Assembly (NCBI GenBank): GCA_965645245.1
Contig: OZ287076.1
Location: forward strand, 2,046,001-2,110,000
Length of the DNA stretch: 64,000 nucleotides
DNA from: Massalongia carnosa
Lineage: Eukaryota
Reading direction: 5' to 3'
The notes beneath the pieces were generated by a model that saw only the letters and a list, made by a program, of their open reading frames with translations, was not told the DNA's origin and made no database searches. Position 1 is the stretch's first letter. Every line of letters begins with the position of its first letter. Of this stretch, positions 11,797 through 24,694 are shown one piece after another. The translations under genes were made by a program, and so were the position numbers.

Positions 11797-12726
11797 GGAT
11801 TTATAAATAAACCGATGTTGCCTTTGCTATATCCCCTTTATCGCCACCAAATAATTTATTCTGACGTTCCCCGGACGTAATAGTCAGAATAGAGAGTTTT
11901 TACACCGATTTACTGGTCTAAAGACTCTTGCTTTCCAAACCCTATTTATTTGACAATAACAAGTCAAATAAATCCTAGTCGAGTTAAAATAGACCGTTCC
12001 TCGCTTAGGCAATAGATCTTATTTAACTCTTTACCTTGAGACTACGATATATGGAATATAATAAGAATTTTACGATCGAACAGAAAAAAATTTTTTTTTT
12101 TAAAAAATGTTTTTGATCCAGAAATAAAAATCAAGTACAATGAGAGAGAGGAGACTTCCTATTCTGGTTAGCCTGAAACAGGGCCTTTGGTTTAACCCTA
12201 ATTCAGACGTTTTTCCCCTTCGTTTCAGCAGATTGTTGGTCGGCAGTTCAACGAAAATCGAAAAAACCCAAAATGGAATAGTGTATACGGTACCGGTAAC
12301 CTTAAATTTCAAATGAACACCAAGAAGTTTTGTTGTCTCGAGAACAGGTTGTACAGTTACGCGACAGTGATGATATTTTGTAGATAATTTTTGTGATAAT
12401 AGATGAGATCTATGCGACAATTAAACCGAAGAAATATCGAAAATCGAGCGATTTTTGACGTTGTTGTTGGTGGTTTTGTGTTTTGTAGATTTTTTGGACG
12501 CGCTTTTTGGTTAAGGGGCGGACAGACCGCGAGGAAAACTCTGCAGGAGCAGTGGAAGAGCTCTCCTGTACCCAATTCTGATGGGTTTAAGCTTCTGGTA
12601 GGCTCAAATGAATGAGAAGAATGAGGAGAATAAGTTGGGAAAGTTTCAGTATATCAAAATATAGGGTACCGATGTTTTGGGGGTTGGCTTATTGCTGATG
12701 AGTGCAAATTGTTACCCAGTGATTTT

Positions 12727-15307
12727 GATTTGGCCATGTGTTCGCGGTCGACCACGAACAGTATGAGTTCGTTAAACTACACCTCGAGGAAGATAACAAC
12801 CTCACTCTCGAATACGCAAAGCAGCGACTAAGAACGGTCGAGCAAAAAATCGTTGATAAGGGACAAAAGGAAATTGCTAACAAGGTTCTCACCACTTTGC
12901 ATGGTTTGTGTTTTCACGGGCATTTCAAGACCGAGTGCCCTGAATGGCTGAAGACTGACGCTGGAAAATCATTCAGCAAGAGAAAGCAAAAGAAGGTAGC
13001 AAAGAAGGTGAAGAAGGGACCAAGGCAAATAAGTCAGAAAACGGCAGCGGAGCACCCCCTCGAAAAAAGCCCGGAAAGACAAAGCATAGGCGGAAGGGAA
13101 ATGCTCGACAGGCTCAAGAAGAGCAGGAAAATGAGGCCTCAGAGTCGGAAGATGACGAAGAGATAGGCTTCATGGTAAAGGAATGGAACGGGAGGAGTGA
13201 AGAAATCCTGAAGACAGAGGTCTCGAAAGAAATCCTGGATACAGTGGTCTCGGACGAAAACCTGGAGACGGTGGTCTCGGATAAGGCCAGGAAGGTGGAC
13301 ATCTTCATTAAAACTCCTCGGGGTGACAGAGATTTGGGTAGGTGGATTATCGACTCAGGGGCGAGTCGGCACATGACGCCCGACAGGAAACTGTTCACCA
13401 AGATCCGGAATATTTTAACCAGTGTCACCATTGCAGATAGGATAAAGCTATCGTCGCCCGTAAGGGGTGACATCAGTGTGGACCTTGGAGGAAAGAAGGT
13501 CCGGATGGAAAATGTTCTGTGGGTACCGCGGCTTGATTCGAATTTGCTGTCCATAAAGGCTCTGAATCGGAAAGGGCTCAGCATTCTTTTCCGCCCAGAG
13601 GGGGTGGAAATCACCAAAGACGGTACCTCGGTCGCCACCGGTTTCTTTAAGGGCAATATGTTTCTACTCCGAAACTCGGAAGTTGCATTGGAAACTGGAG
13701 TGCAGGAAGACCAGGAAGAACAGGAAGAACAGGAAGTTCCGCAGGAAGTCCAGACAAGGGAATTGGTCGGGACTCAGCGAAGCGAGCCAAGGGCAGGACC
13801 GAGTAAGTCGAAGTCAGAACAGGCCAAAATAAGCGGAAATTTACTCTGGCACTCTCGACTGGGGCACGTCAGCGCTCGAAGGATTCAACTTTTGTCCAAG
13901 AAATTCCGGAAGCAGGGAAAGCGATGGACATTGAAGGCACCCCTTTATCTTTCTTTGACAAGGTGGAGTGCTCAGTTTGGAACTATACTAAGATGACCAG
14001 GGCCATTTACCGCGTATCTCCTCGCCGAGTTGATAGGAAACTAGGGAGGGTATATAGCGATGTCTGGGGGCTGTATCGAATAACTAGCCTGAACGGCTAT
14101 CGATACTTCATCAACTTTGTGGACGAGTTCACCAGGAAATCCTGGTTGGAGCTCATGAAAAGTCGAAAGGAAGTCCAGGGAAAAGTACTAGAATGGAAGA
14201 CGGTGGCGGAAGTGGACTCAGGTGAAACTCTCGCCAAACTACGAACTGACAATGCAAAGGAGTTCGAGCACATGGCGAATGACCTCAGAAAGAAGGGGGT
14301 CATCATGGAATTTACTACCACACACACCGGAAGAAAACGGCATGGCTGAACGATTAAATCGAACCATCATCCAGATGGCTCGAGCTATGCTACATTGGGC
14401 CGAACTACCGAAGACTTTCAGGGGGAAGCAGCTAAGACAGCAAACTACCTCCGAAACGTGCTTCCATTGGCCAACAATCAGCACCAGATGAACAATGGTA
14501 TGGTTATGCACCTGCCATCGAAACCTTTGGGTGTTTAGTGCATGCGCACGTACCAAGCGCTAGCAGAGCTAAAACTAGATCGGGTATCGTTCCAGGGGAT
14601 TTTCGTTGGCTACCATTCGCATCACCAATTTCTCGAAGACACACCTGGAGGCACCCTTCTAAAATCACCCACTAGGCCTGAACAGTGGGAGTCTGACCAG
14701 AGCAATAATGATGATTCAGACGACTCCGACCAGAACGAGTCTAGCCAATCACATCACAGTCCCTCATCTGGCCCTATAGGAAGAATAACGCATGGGCAAT
14801 CTCCCGGAGAAGACGTTCCCGGAGCAGTGGGAGATAGAGAAGTTTTCTCCACGACTGACCCAAATAACACTACAAAAGAGCAGACGTGCTCCCAAACGCA
14901 CCAAAAACAGGTGCAACTCGGAGCAACAGTGTTCCAAAATCAAAAAGTGATGGGAAAATCTCGATTCAAAAATCCAAACCGAAAGGGAGGGAAATTGAAC
15001 AACCAATTAGAAGTAGCACACGGGCAACTAAGCCGTATGACCGTTATGCTTTTGACAAAGAACAGGGCCGTTCAGCAATCACCAGTTCAAAGTCCGAACC
15101 AGGCAAGTCCGAACCAGGCAAGTCCGATCAGGCAAGTCCGAACCAGGCAAAATATGGACTGAAATGGATAGGGACCTTCAAAAATTTCAGAAAATATCTG
15201 AACCCTAATCATTCCAGGAGGCCATTCAGTGTCAATACAAACGCCAGTGGTTAATATCCATTAAAGATGAACTAGGTGCACTAACAGCAAACGGCACATG
15301 GGAAATT
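12727..15307 (+). pseudogene. Copia A gag C-terminus, protease and integrase, multiply frameshifted
   Basis: WIIDSGASRHM (protease), LWHSRLGH, VYSDVWG, FVDEFTRKSW, LRTDNAKEF and ENGMAERLNRT lie in shifting frames. Confidence 0.88.
15088..15148 (+). repeat. 15-bp tandem repeat x4 in the Copia A IN-RT linker
   Basis: (aagtccgaaccaggc)4, with one variant unit. Confidence 0.85.
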
Positions 15308-16750
15308 GTGCGACTACCACCCGGCCGAAGGGCAATCACCTCCAAATGGGTGTTCAAGGTAAAATACACCCCCACCGGCCTGATCGACCGATTTAAAGCA
15401 AGGCTAGTCGCTCGAGGATTCACCCAGGTGTATGGTTTCGACTATGAGGAAACCTTTGCACCAACACTAAGGATGGAGTCATTCCGCATGCTATTCTCAT
15501 TGGCTATTCGTTTCGGTTTGCATGTTGAACAAATGGACGTACCAAACGCCTATCTTCGAGGTAGTTTGGACGAAGAGGTTTACATGGAAATTCCTGAAGG
15601 ACTAGACCTACCCCCTGACACCCCAAAAGGTAAGGTACTACGCCTTTTGAAAGGACTATATGGCCTGAAACAATCCGGTCGAATCTGGAATAAGAAAATA
15701 AGAACCTTCTTGATTTCGATTGGTTTCAGCCAATTAATAGCCGACAATTGTGTTTTCATCAATCATCCAACAAACGTCATAATATCACTATATGTCGATG
15801 ACCTGCTAATTTTCTCGAAGACAATGGGGCCCATCAACTCCGTCAAGAAACAACTGCATAAGGAATATAACATGAAGGACCTAGGCCCAGTTGAGCAAAT
15901 CCTAGGCATTCGTGTCCGGAGGGAAGACGACCGATTGGCCCTTGACCAGACCCAATATATTGACAATTTTCTGAAAGAATATCAAATGGACGAAGCACGG
16001 ACCGTACAGACCCCAATTGACGGGTATGAAGCCCTAACACCTGCTCGGCCCGAAGAGGAGCGAGCCAATCAACTGGCATACCAGAAACGGATCGGTAGTG
16101 TTATGTATGCTATGATCGGCACTAGACCTGATATCGCTTTCGCCGTTGGAAAATTGAGCCAGTTCAGTCATGATCCGACTACTCGACACATGAATGCATT
16201 AAATCGAGTACTCCGCTATCTGAAGGGAACTGCTGACCTAGCGTTAATATACGAGTCTGCCACTGCATTTAGCACCCCAATATGCTATGCAGATGCAGCA
16301 TACGGTGACGACAAAGTGGATAGAAAATCCACTTATGGCACAACTATGATGATGGGAAACGGGGCGGTCATGTGGACTAGCAAGAAACAACGAACCACAT
16401 CGGCCTCCACAACTGAGGCTGAGTACGTAGCCCTATGTCACGCAAGCAAGGACATCGTCTGGGCGACCAGATGGATAAAAGAACTGAGGTTCAAGGATGT
16501 CCTTACCGAACCAATGGTGCTGGCTGGAGACAACAAAGGTAGCCACGACCTGATCAAAAACCCCGAACATCACAGCTGGACAAAGCACATTGATGTCCAA
16601 TATCATTACATTCGGGAGGTCATCGAAGATGGAACCGCTATCATAAAGTATGTCCCTACCAAAGAGATGGTAGCAGACATCTTTACCAAGCCACTGACCC
16701 CAGCAACCTTCAATGACATGCGAGGCAGGCTAGGTCTAAGGGAATGGTAG
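15308..16750 (+). CDS. pol: Copia A reverse transcriptase-RNase H (open segment of a broken pol)
   Basis: KWVFKVK, KARLVARGF, QMDVPNAYL, LYGLKQSGRIW, LYVDDLLI, YADA, STTEAEY, KHIDVQYH, ADIFTKPL. Confidence 0.9.
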   Translation: MRLPPGRRAITSKWVFKVKYTPTGLIDRFKARLVARGFTQVYGFDYEETFAPTLRMESFRMLFSLAIRFGLHVEQMDVPNAYLRGSLDEEVYMEIPEGLDLPPDTPKGKVLRLLKGLYGLKQSGRIWNKKIRTFLISIGFSQLIADNCVFINHPTNVIISLYVDDLLIFSKTMGPINSVKKQLHKEYNMKDLGPVEQILGIRVRREDDRLALDQTQYIDNFLKEYQMDEARTVQTPIDGYEALTPARPEEERANQLAYQKRIGSVMYAMIGTRPDIAFAVGKLSQFSHDPTTRHMNALNRVLRYLKGTADLALIYESATAFSTPICYADAAYGDDKVDRKSTYGTTMMMGNGAVMWTSKKQRTTSASTTEAEYVALCHASKDIVWATRWIKELRFKDVLTEPMVLAGDNKGSHDLIKNPEHHSWTKHIDVQYHYIREVIEDGTAIIKYVPTKEMVADIFTKPLTPATFNDMRGRLGLREW

Positions 16751-16884
16751 GAAGGTAGGCTAGCTTTTCAGCTACCCCGTCTCATTGGATAAAAGGACCA
16801 ATGGACATGCACAATGGAGGTTTCATTTGTCACCACTTTCTTTTTAGTTAAAAGGGAGTCCATCAGCTACTTTCGGAGTGGGAG

Positions 16885-17205
16885 TGTTAAAACGGCAACC
16901 GATGCCAAGTACCGAACCAGCTGACAAAGCAATTTGCATCTACCTCGTCAAGGAAAGGCTTGTGGCGGTGGCAAATTTGTATGAAGTCAGAAATCGCATC
17001 GGAAGCGGGAACCGATGAGATGGAAATGGAAGCTTCTGGAATCGCTGGTGGACGGGCATAAATAGGAGCAGTTATACCCTACGTAGTGGTAGAAAGTCAA
17101 TCGTTTCTACCAGTTTATTTTGCATGTGCAAGAACTCGTTTGTCGAACTAGTCATATCAATTGCCCAGTGCTACTATTCCGCCTGTTGCAGTCACAGTTC
17201 CAACA
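16885..17205 (+). repeat. Copia A 3' LTR
   Basis: Direct repeat of 4984-5304, preceded by the PPT and followed by TSD aattg. Confidence 0.95.
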
Positions 17206-18650
17206 AATTGTAATCCTTGAATTGTAGCGGCTTTATTCGCCAGGTCACGAGAGCCAGCTTGACGGTTTGTGAGTTCAAGTTGGCGTCTAATGTGCTTATT
17301 TGCGGCCCCATTGACTTCCGCAATCGCAATGATCGATGATCCAAATCGTTTCGCCCACATATCAAGATGAGAGAGATGATGGAATTTTGTCTTTTTCTTT
17401 ATGTCATCCAGACCTCATTCATCTGTCCAGAGTTGAATAAACTCATTCGAAGCTTCTTGTACTTTGAATCATCGCTCATCAAGGTTCACTATTGCCGATT
17501 TGTAAAGCAATGAAGTTATCTTTTCAGCAAAAACCCAAAGACAAATAATATTTCGTACTGTTCGGATTGGAAAGGCTTGAGTGCTGTAGTAAGCAATCAA
17601 GGTTAAAGGCCAAATCTGTATCAAGGTTCGAAAATCACCCCCAGTAAAAGATCCGCTCCAGGAAATGATTTGCTTGCCTGTCAAATTATGCGATATCAAA
17701 TCTTTGTTCCTTGCATTAAAATCAAAGCCAGCTTCTCTAAATCCTTGGCAATGATCTTGTTTGCAATTGTTTCCTTTCATTAATACTTGATGTATCCTAA
17801 TAGTGCATCATGAAGAATTTCATAAGGCCAATCCAAGTGAGGATTAATATCAGGTAGGTCATAAAAATCCGTTAAAGGTGTTTTAATACTCAAAAACTCT
17901 TGCTGCTCGGCGGTGCTTGTTTTCGCTAACAATATTTCTCGAGAGCTTTCACTGATATCTTTTGGAGACGTGATATTGGTATTATTGAACACAGACACGA
18001 CATGGATATGTTGACCTCCAAGAGTGAGAATATAATTCCGAAGCTGCAGGGTTGTCTCCTGTTCGCATGAGCAAACTACCACAGATGACAATCTTTTAAC
18101 ATGTTGTGGCATCAAAATCCATAATACTACGTTGGAATCGTCGAAGCTGTTGTACTATTGTTGGAATCATTGAGCCAGCATTCATATGTCTTGCAGCTGC
18201 GATAAGAAAATTCTGACTTGAATGAAAATTGATCTGCGTATTAATCAGTTTCATCTTTTATCATAGAAATAGAGACAAAAGTACCTTGTGTGGCTGTCCC
18301 GCAAAAGTAAAAGTCCACACCTCAACAGGGTTCCATCGCCTACTTCTGACCGAGCTTACACCATCGTTCCAACATGATTTGTTAAGCTGAATGATTGGCA
18401 AGGGATCTTTCATTTTCTGATACATTAAACGTAATGGATGAGACTCAAACCAAGCTTCCCTTATTCTAGGATCAAAGGAGTGGTCTTTATCCGTGATTGA
18501 ATCTTTTCCCACAATCATTGGGAATGATAAATTATCTATATGGTCAACAATGAGGTCTTTATCAATCAATAAAATTGCTCTTTCATCAACTCTAGGAATG
18601 CCACTGGAATTAAATATGACTTCCTCGCAATCGTCAAGATCAGCGAGTAA
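17206..18650 (-). pseudogene. Degenerate CMC/EnSpm-superfamily-like (CACTA/Plavaka-type) transposase
   Basis: Ordered motifs WNDGVSSVRSRRWN, NPHLDWPYEILHDALLGYIKY, GSFTGGDFRTLIQ, KFHHLSHL..RFG..E.N...R...TNRQAGSRDLA resemble fungal CMC-type transposases (from memory, not searched). No TIRs were found. Confidence 0.55.
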
Positions 18651-18680
18651 GCTTCTCGTTACGAGTCCGCGTTCAACACT

Positions 18681-21600
18681 TTGTGCGACGAGTTGGGCAT
18701 GCGAATAAACCCATCAAAGGGAGAGACGGGACAAATCTGCGATTTTCTTGGGTTAACACTAGACACCCAACGCATGGAAGCCCGTCTACCTCCCGACAAG
18801 CTAAAAAAAGCTATCGAGTGGGTTAACAGCGCATTAACGCAAGATTATATGATCATAGACGAATTACGTTCTCTTCTGGGGTTTCTATCAATTGCGGCCA
18901 AAGTGGTCAAACCAGGCAGAGCCTTTCTACGCCGCCTATTTACCGCCCTCGGCGAAGACACGAGTCGGATCCGCATTGCCGGCGACATGCGATTAGATCT
19001 ATTATGGTGGCAATACTTCTTGCCCTGATTGAATGGCGTTCAAATTTTGCGATCGCTGAACACTAGAGATGAGATAAGTTTATGGACAGACGCTTCGAAA
19101 ACATGGGGAATGGGCGGGTACTATTCGGTGCACCTATCCCCACACTCCACCGAAGCGGGCACGCTTTCTTGTCGTTCAAACACATAAATATTAGAGACAA
19201 CTGAAACACAGCGTGCGTTTACCGAGGTATCTCTCCCAAGACGGGGTGTTCCCACGAGACCCCCTCATTGGATGCCTTCAAAGAAGAAGAACTCAACCTC
19301 TTTCGAGACGTCTTCAGACAACGAGTTAAGGATACAAGATGTCCGGGTCACGCAGTCTCAAGGGATAGTCGGGGTGATAGACGACGAGAATTCCAGCGAA
19401 TTCCTAGTCACACCTGCCGGGACGTCCGCCATAACGTAATTCACTAGTCAAAGGGACAAACCGCTCAACGGGACTAACTAAATTTCGCTTAATTCTTGAA
19501 GCCTCCCTCCCACCCATTTTACATACAGTTTCGGCTTCAATGTCTAATAATTGTAAAAATGATGATCATCTGCATGTAAGCTTACTAAAACAATCACATT
19601 TTACGTGGTGGACGAACAATACGACCCCGTCTGGTAGTTTGAACCTCCTTCACCACCTCAACCACCTCCACCACCTCCTTTGCCCCTTCCACCGTCTCTG
19701 TCACCTCCGTGATTGAATGAAGCATGAAGGGGGGTAACAAACACTCTTTTGAAGGACTTACAGGCCTTCTTTGTGAATTACAGGGAATTTTTTGAGGACT
19801 TTTCGTAGGGGATGTAGACGTTTGTCCTAGTAAATCAGGCCCAAATCGACACATTTCTCTGAAGGTTTTGATAAGATCCTCGTTTCAACTGAGCGGCCTT
19901 CTTTCTGTCATCCTTCACCTTCTGTTGAGTTTTAGCCCATTGCTGTCTTTGTTGAACGTCTTCGAGGCTCAGGACTCGAGCCTTTCCACCATAGTGAGCC
20001 CCGCTACGATTGGCTCGATGATGCCGCCGTAAATTGGCCTGAAGAAGCTCGTTGTTGGTAATTCGTAGCAAGGTAGAGTCGGCAAAGGCGTATTTGGCCC
20101 CCTTTATCAATTTGTTTAGCGCTCGGGCGGGTGTCGAGTCTGAATTCTCATCAGATCGAATTCGACGAATCAATTGATCTAATTGATCGATATTTGCAGG
20201 TGTCTTTTCCACCTCGATGACAGCTTTCTGAGAACTCTGAATTATCGGAGTGTCAGGGTCAGAGACCGACGTGGTCTCCGGATCAATTCCGACATTCGTA
20301 AAAGTGGAAGTAGTTGTGGTGGTAGTGGTGGTGATGGTAGTGGTAATTATGCTGTCAGTCTTTCGCAACACCGATTGTTTATTAGAGAGTTTCTGAAGAA
20401 CTAGAGAAGGATTGTATGGCACTAATCCGGTGACTCTCCACGCAGTGAGCACGTTTTTTTTGTTGATTGCTTCTTTTCTTGCTTTTTGTATGATCTTCAA
20501 AAAGTCCACCTTGTCAATCGAACAAACGTTGAATCGAGTGACGGCCTCCAGTTGTTTTTTATACTCCCGAGACAGGGGACCGAAAACGCTTACGTCTAGA
20601 GGTTGTAGTAAATGTGTAGTATGAGGAGGTAGACATAGAGGAATTATTTTCTTTTCATTGCAAAACTTGATAAATTCAGTAGAAATATGAGAAGCATGAC
20701 CGTCTACCATCAGAAGTCGATAATCACCATGTAAATATTTTGCAGTAGCAGGTTCAAAACATCTTTTCAACCAATCGACACCTAGTTCGTTATCTGTCCA
20801 TCCGTTTTCACTGGTGGCAATTTCGCTGTGAATATCTTCCAGAACATCAAACCAGGCCTTTAGTTTGTTTACCCCTTTGAAAATGACGAAGAGGGGTAGA
20901 CTGCGTCCAGTAGCAGAAATGGCCTCGATTAATGACACCCATTCTCGATTACCTGATTGTGCTGAAAAGGCCTGCTTTTCGTGCTTAGGTATTACCACTT
21001 TAGCACTAGCGGCCACCCCCATCATGAACCCTTTTTCATCCATATTGTAGATGTCTTCATCAAGAATTCCGTGTTTTTATTTGACGGAAAGAAAAAGCTC
21101 GAAACAATGTTTAAAAATCTCTTCGTTCTCCGCAAATAATCGTTCCTGATCCAATGTGCGACTATATTTGGCCTGCAAATCGGGATGACGATGTAAAAAA
21201 TGCTGTTGCCAATTAACTCCCAGGGCAGTATGATTTCCCCTTGCTCGCAATAATTCGATGGCCATTTGACGCAATTGAGCGACTTTAACAGGCCAGCCCC
21301 AGGCGTACAATTGTAAAACACAGTCCTTCAAAGCGTCCTCTTCTTCAGGTGTCAACAGCTGTCTGACTTGATCTGATGAAAATCGTGGTTGACGACCCTG
21401 AATGCGAGCATGAAGGGTGGACTTTGAAACGCCATACAGAGCAGCTGCCTTCGTGATGGAAAGAGTCTTGTCGGTCTGTTTCCAGGCCAGAAAAGCTGAT
21501 TGTAATCGTTGTTGATACGCGGAGGTGGGGTGGGAAGAAGGAAGCTTGGAGGTTTTTTTAGAGGTGATTTTTTACAAACAGCCATGATTATACTGTTTAA

Positions 21601-23543
21601 TAAGATGATATTGATTAGTTTTATTATTTGAAGCTACTTTTGTATGGAAAATGTATGATGAAAAGGCTTCAACATGTAAGATAGTCCAAATATTGATATT
21701 TTCGGATTTTCTTAGTCCCGTTGAGCGGTTTGTCCCGTTGACTAGTGAATTACGTTACGGACCTCGTCCGGGGACATCGCAATGCGAACCTTTAAATCCG
21801 GGACAACCGAGATAACCGAAGAAGGAAGTTACAGCGAATTTCTGGAGGTGTCTGCCGAGGTGTCTTCGATGCGGATGGCCGGGATGACAGACGAAAAAAA
21901 TTCTAAAGAACTTCTCGCTGTATCTGCTCGAGGTATCAAGGATTCATCAGAACTTGACCGGGAACATAACGTGTCACGCATGACACATCACGAAATAACC
22001 GGGATGATCGACGAAGGATATTCAAAGGAATCTGTCAAATGTCAGCTATACTGGCATTAACCAACATTGGTCAACGGGCCCGTCACATGCCCGTCACATG
22101 ACATTGCCACCGCGGCACAGGTAAAAATTCTTCATCCCCCACATTCTTTCTTCCTTCGGAGACATCTCTTGATCTATCCCCTGGCGGCATACCTAGCTAG
22201 AAAATCATCTATAGATCAATGCCATTCATTTCACCTCATCTGGTCAAGACGTAAATCATCTCAACTGAACATCAGGGCAAAAAGCCTCAGAGAATCTCTA
22301 GTCTCATCCGCCGAGGTATTCTCGATAAGGACCTCGTCCAGAGATATGAAAAAGCATATCAATGTCAAAGAAATGATGACTGTACTACACGCATTGCGTA
22401 AATGGTTATCTATTTTCAAAGGATCCAAACTCGTTATATATGACGACAATCAAGCGGTCGTAAATGGACTACGGAACGGCTCTATACGTGGCCCGGCCAT
22501 GAAACCCTACGAGCTATTGCCATGCTATTAGCATTACATGACATCGTCATTGAATCACATTGGATCTCACCAAGAGAAAACACTCTAGCAGATATGCTTT
22601 CCCGCGGTCAATGGAACAAAATTGCTGACAATTATCCTTTACTACATGACATGGCATTAGCCCATGGGGCACAACCGGTGAACCACCGGAACACTAGTTC
22701 CAAAATCAAGAATTGTCAAACTCAGCGGCGAGATATTTATGGTGGGGCCTAGCTACAGGGACTAGGACATCGTATGAGCAGGCACGACGAAGTTACACCG
22801 AATATTGCGCGTTATGGACTCACGTCTCTTTTCCTCTGTCTATCCGATCATTATGCGACTGGGCAGCCTATTTAGGCGATAGGGGAATTAATCCAAAAAC
22901 CATAAAACAATACATAAGCGGCATCAGATCTTATCAAGTTGACAGAGGTGCGTCGAAGGGCTGAATTAGATATATTTCATTATCCCCAACTAGAAAGAAT
23001 CGTAGCAGGCATACGCCGGCTCCGCCCCGCTGTCTAGCCACGAGAACGTTGACCTATAACCCGGTCCATCCTAAAAGAAATAGTCAATACTTTTGACCAA
23101 AATTCCTTAAGAGGAGCCACATTGCACGCGCCCTTTAGTTTAGCCTTTGCGGCCTTTTTACGAATAGGAGAATTCACATGGGAAGAAAACATGTAGGGAG
23201 ACGACTTTGCCCAATGGCACATAACCAGAGGTTCATTATTACTGAACGAGGACAGATTACAACCGACTCTCCCCGCCTCCAAGACGGACCCCTTCCGACA
23301 AGGCGTCACTGTTACAGTAGCGGCCGTCAACGACGCAGCCTGCCCAGTTCGATCATTGAGAAATCTGACCGAACGCTTTCCCACAGATCTCACTCAACCT
23401 TTATTCTATCCAAAAAAGGCTTTCACGCGGAATTTCGTCACGAAAGCATTACAAGACATCTTAAAAGACAAGGGATACCAAAGAAATTATTCAGGTCACT
23501 CCTTTCGCAGAGGAGCCGCCAGTTCCACGAAAAACGCCGGCCT
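18681..23543 (+). mobile_element. Degenerate tyrosine-recombinase retrotransposon (DIRS/Ngaro-like), truncated at both ends
   Basis: RT C-terminus FLGLTLDT...LPPDKL...LLGFL, RNase H LWTDAS (about 19080) and HINVKE...DNQAVV...ADMLSR (22350-22610). A YR follows on the same strand: FLRIGEFT, SKTDPFRQG, SGHSFRRGAAS (22713-23543). Confidence 0.85.
19434..21755 (-). mobile_element. pogo/Fot1-like DNA transposon 1 with a frameshifted transposase
   Basis: About 45-bp TIRs acgtaattcactagtc...gggactaa and TA TSD (19432-33, 21756-57). HTH and DDE_1 pieces in ORFs 21077-21355 and 19835-21043 (MDEKGF, LMVDGHASH, QPLDVSVF). Confidence 0.95.
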
Positions 23544-24694
23544 GGGCCCAGGCGTTGGGGCACACACCGACCGAGATTGGGAAGACTCTTAATTTCACTA
23601 AATCGACCGTGCAGAGCACCTTCAGAAGCACTCAATTCGCAACGACGGCGTGTCTATATCACGTTCTGGACGGCCTGAAGTGCTGTCAGAACGCGATCGA
23701 CGTTATATCATCAAGCATGCACGAATCAATCCACGAATGACTTATGCACAAATCAAACTAGAAGTGGGGCTCGCCTGCAGTCGTACGACCATTTATCGGG
23801 CACTCAAACTGTATGGTTTAATCAACTGGGTGGCTAAAAAACGACCTTTATTGACGCCTGAGGTGGCCAAGAAACGATTGGATTGGTGCTCGCTGCGGCG
23901 TGAGTGGAATTTTGAGCAGTAGTCAAGAGTTATATGGTCAGATGAGTGCTCGGTGGAAAAGGGATCAGGAAAACAGCGTCAGTGGGTGTTCAGATTACCG
24001 AAAGAAAAATGAAATAAAGAGATGATAAAACCTGTCCCCAAAGGCAAATGAGTCAGTGTCATGGTTTGGGCAGCTTTTTGGGGAGATGACAGGTCAGATC
24101 TTTACAGATTGGCTCGTGATTTTGCTGCGAAGAAGATGGGGTACTCGGCGAACTCATATCTGGAATTATTGAACGATAATCTGCTTAGAATTTGGCAACC
24201 GGGCCTCGTTTTTATGTAGGATAACGCACCTACACATAAGGCTAAAAAGGTGATGGAATGATTCAATGAGAACAGCATAGAGGTCATCGATTGGCCCCCC
24301 TATTCACCTGATTTGAATCCTATCGAGCACGTCTGATATTCTATGTGCTCGTCTATCAAGTCAATCCGAACATAGATTTGGTGATCGGCAGTGATGAAAC
24401 TGTTCGTGAGGTACTTTGGAAGCGTTAGAAGAAGCCTGGTTGTTGATTGATGTGAAAATGATAAGGAGGTTAATAGAGAGCATGAATAGGAGGATAAAAG
24501 CGTGTATAGCGTCGGAAGGATGGTATACTAAATATTAAAAATCAATTTTTGGGGGAATTCGTGTTTAGTATAGATGTAATCATTATATAAAATTTCATGA
24601 CATTCCAGCAATCATGACGTGGTTGATTGTTGATTGAATAGAATGATTGAAATGTTAGTAGGGTGCGGGGCCGCAGACTTTTGGCCTAGTACTG
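23544..24694 (+). mobile_element. Tc1/mariner (Tc1-like) transposon, 5'-truncated, degenerate
   Basis: HTH region RSGRPEVLSERDRR, then WSDECSV, DNAPTH and WPPYSPDLNPIEH with several stops. The right end is ...tagtactg followed by TA. Confidence 0.88.

Larger units (their letters stand above)
5980..12713 (-). mobile_element. Full-length Tad1-like LINE (non-LTR retrotransposon)
   Basis: 13-bp TSD acccagtgatttt (5967-5979 and 12714-12726) and a 3' (TAAAA)n tail at about 5980-5997. ORF1 has CCHC fingers; ORF2 has APE endonuclease, RT and RNase H. Confidence 0.96.
4984..17205 (+). mobile_element. Ty1/Copia element A, full length, degenerate, carrying a LINE insertion
   Basis: LTRs at 4984-5304 and 16885-17205 (TG...CA), TSD aattg (4979-4983 and 17206-17210), PBS ggttatgagccc (5305-5316), PPT ggagtgggag (16875-16884). 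Domain order is gag-PR-IN-RT-RH. Confidence 0.97.
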
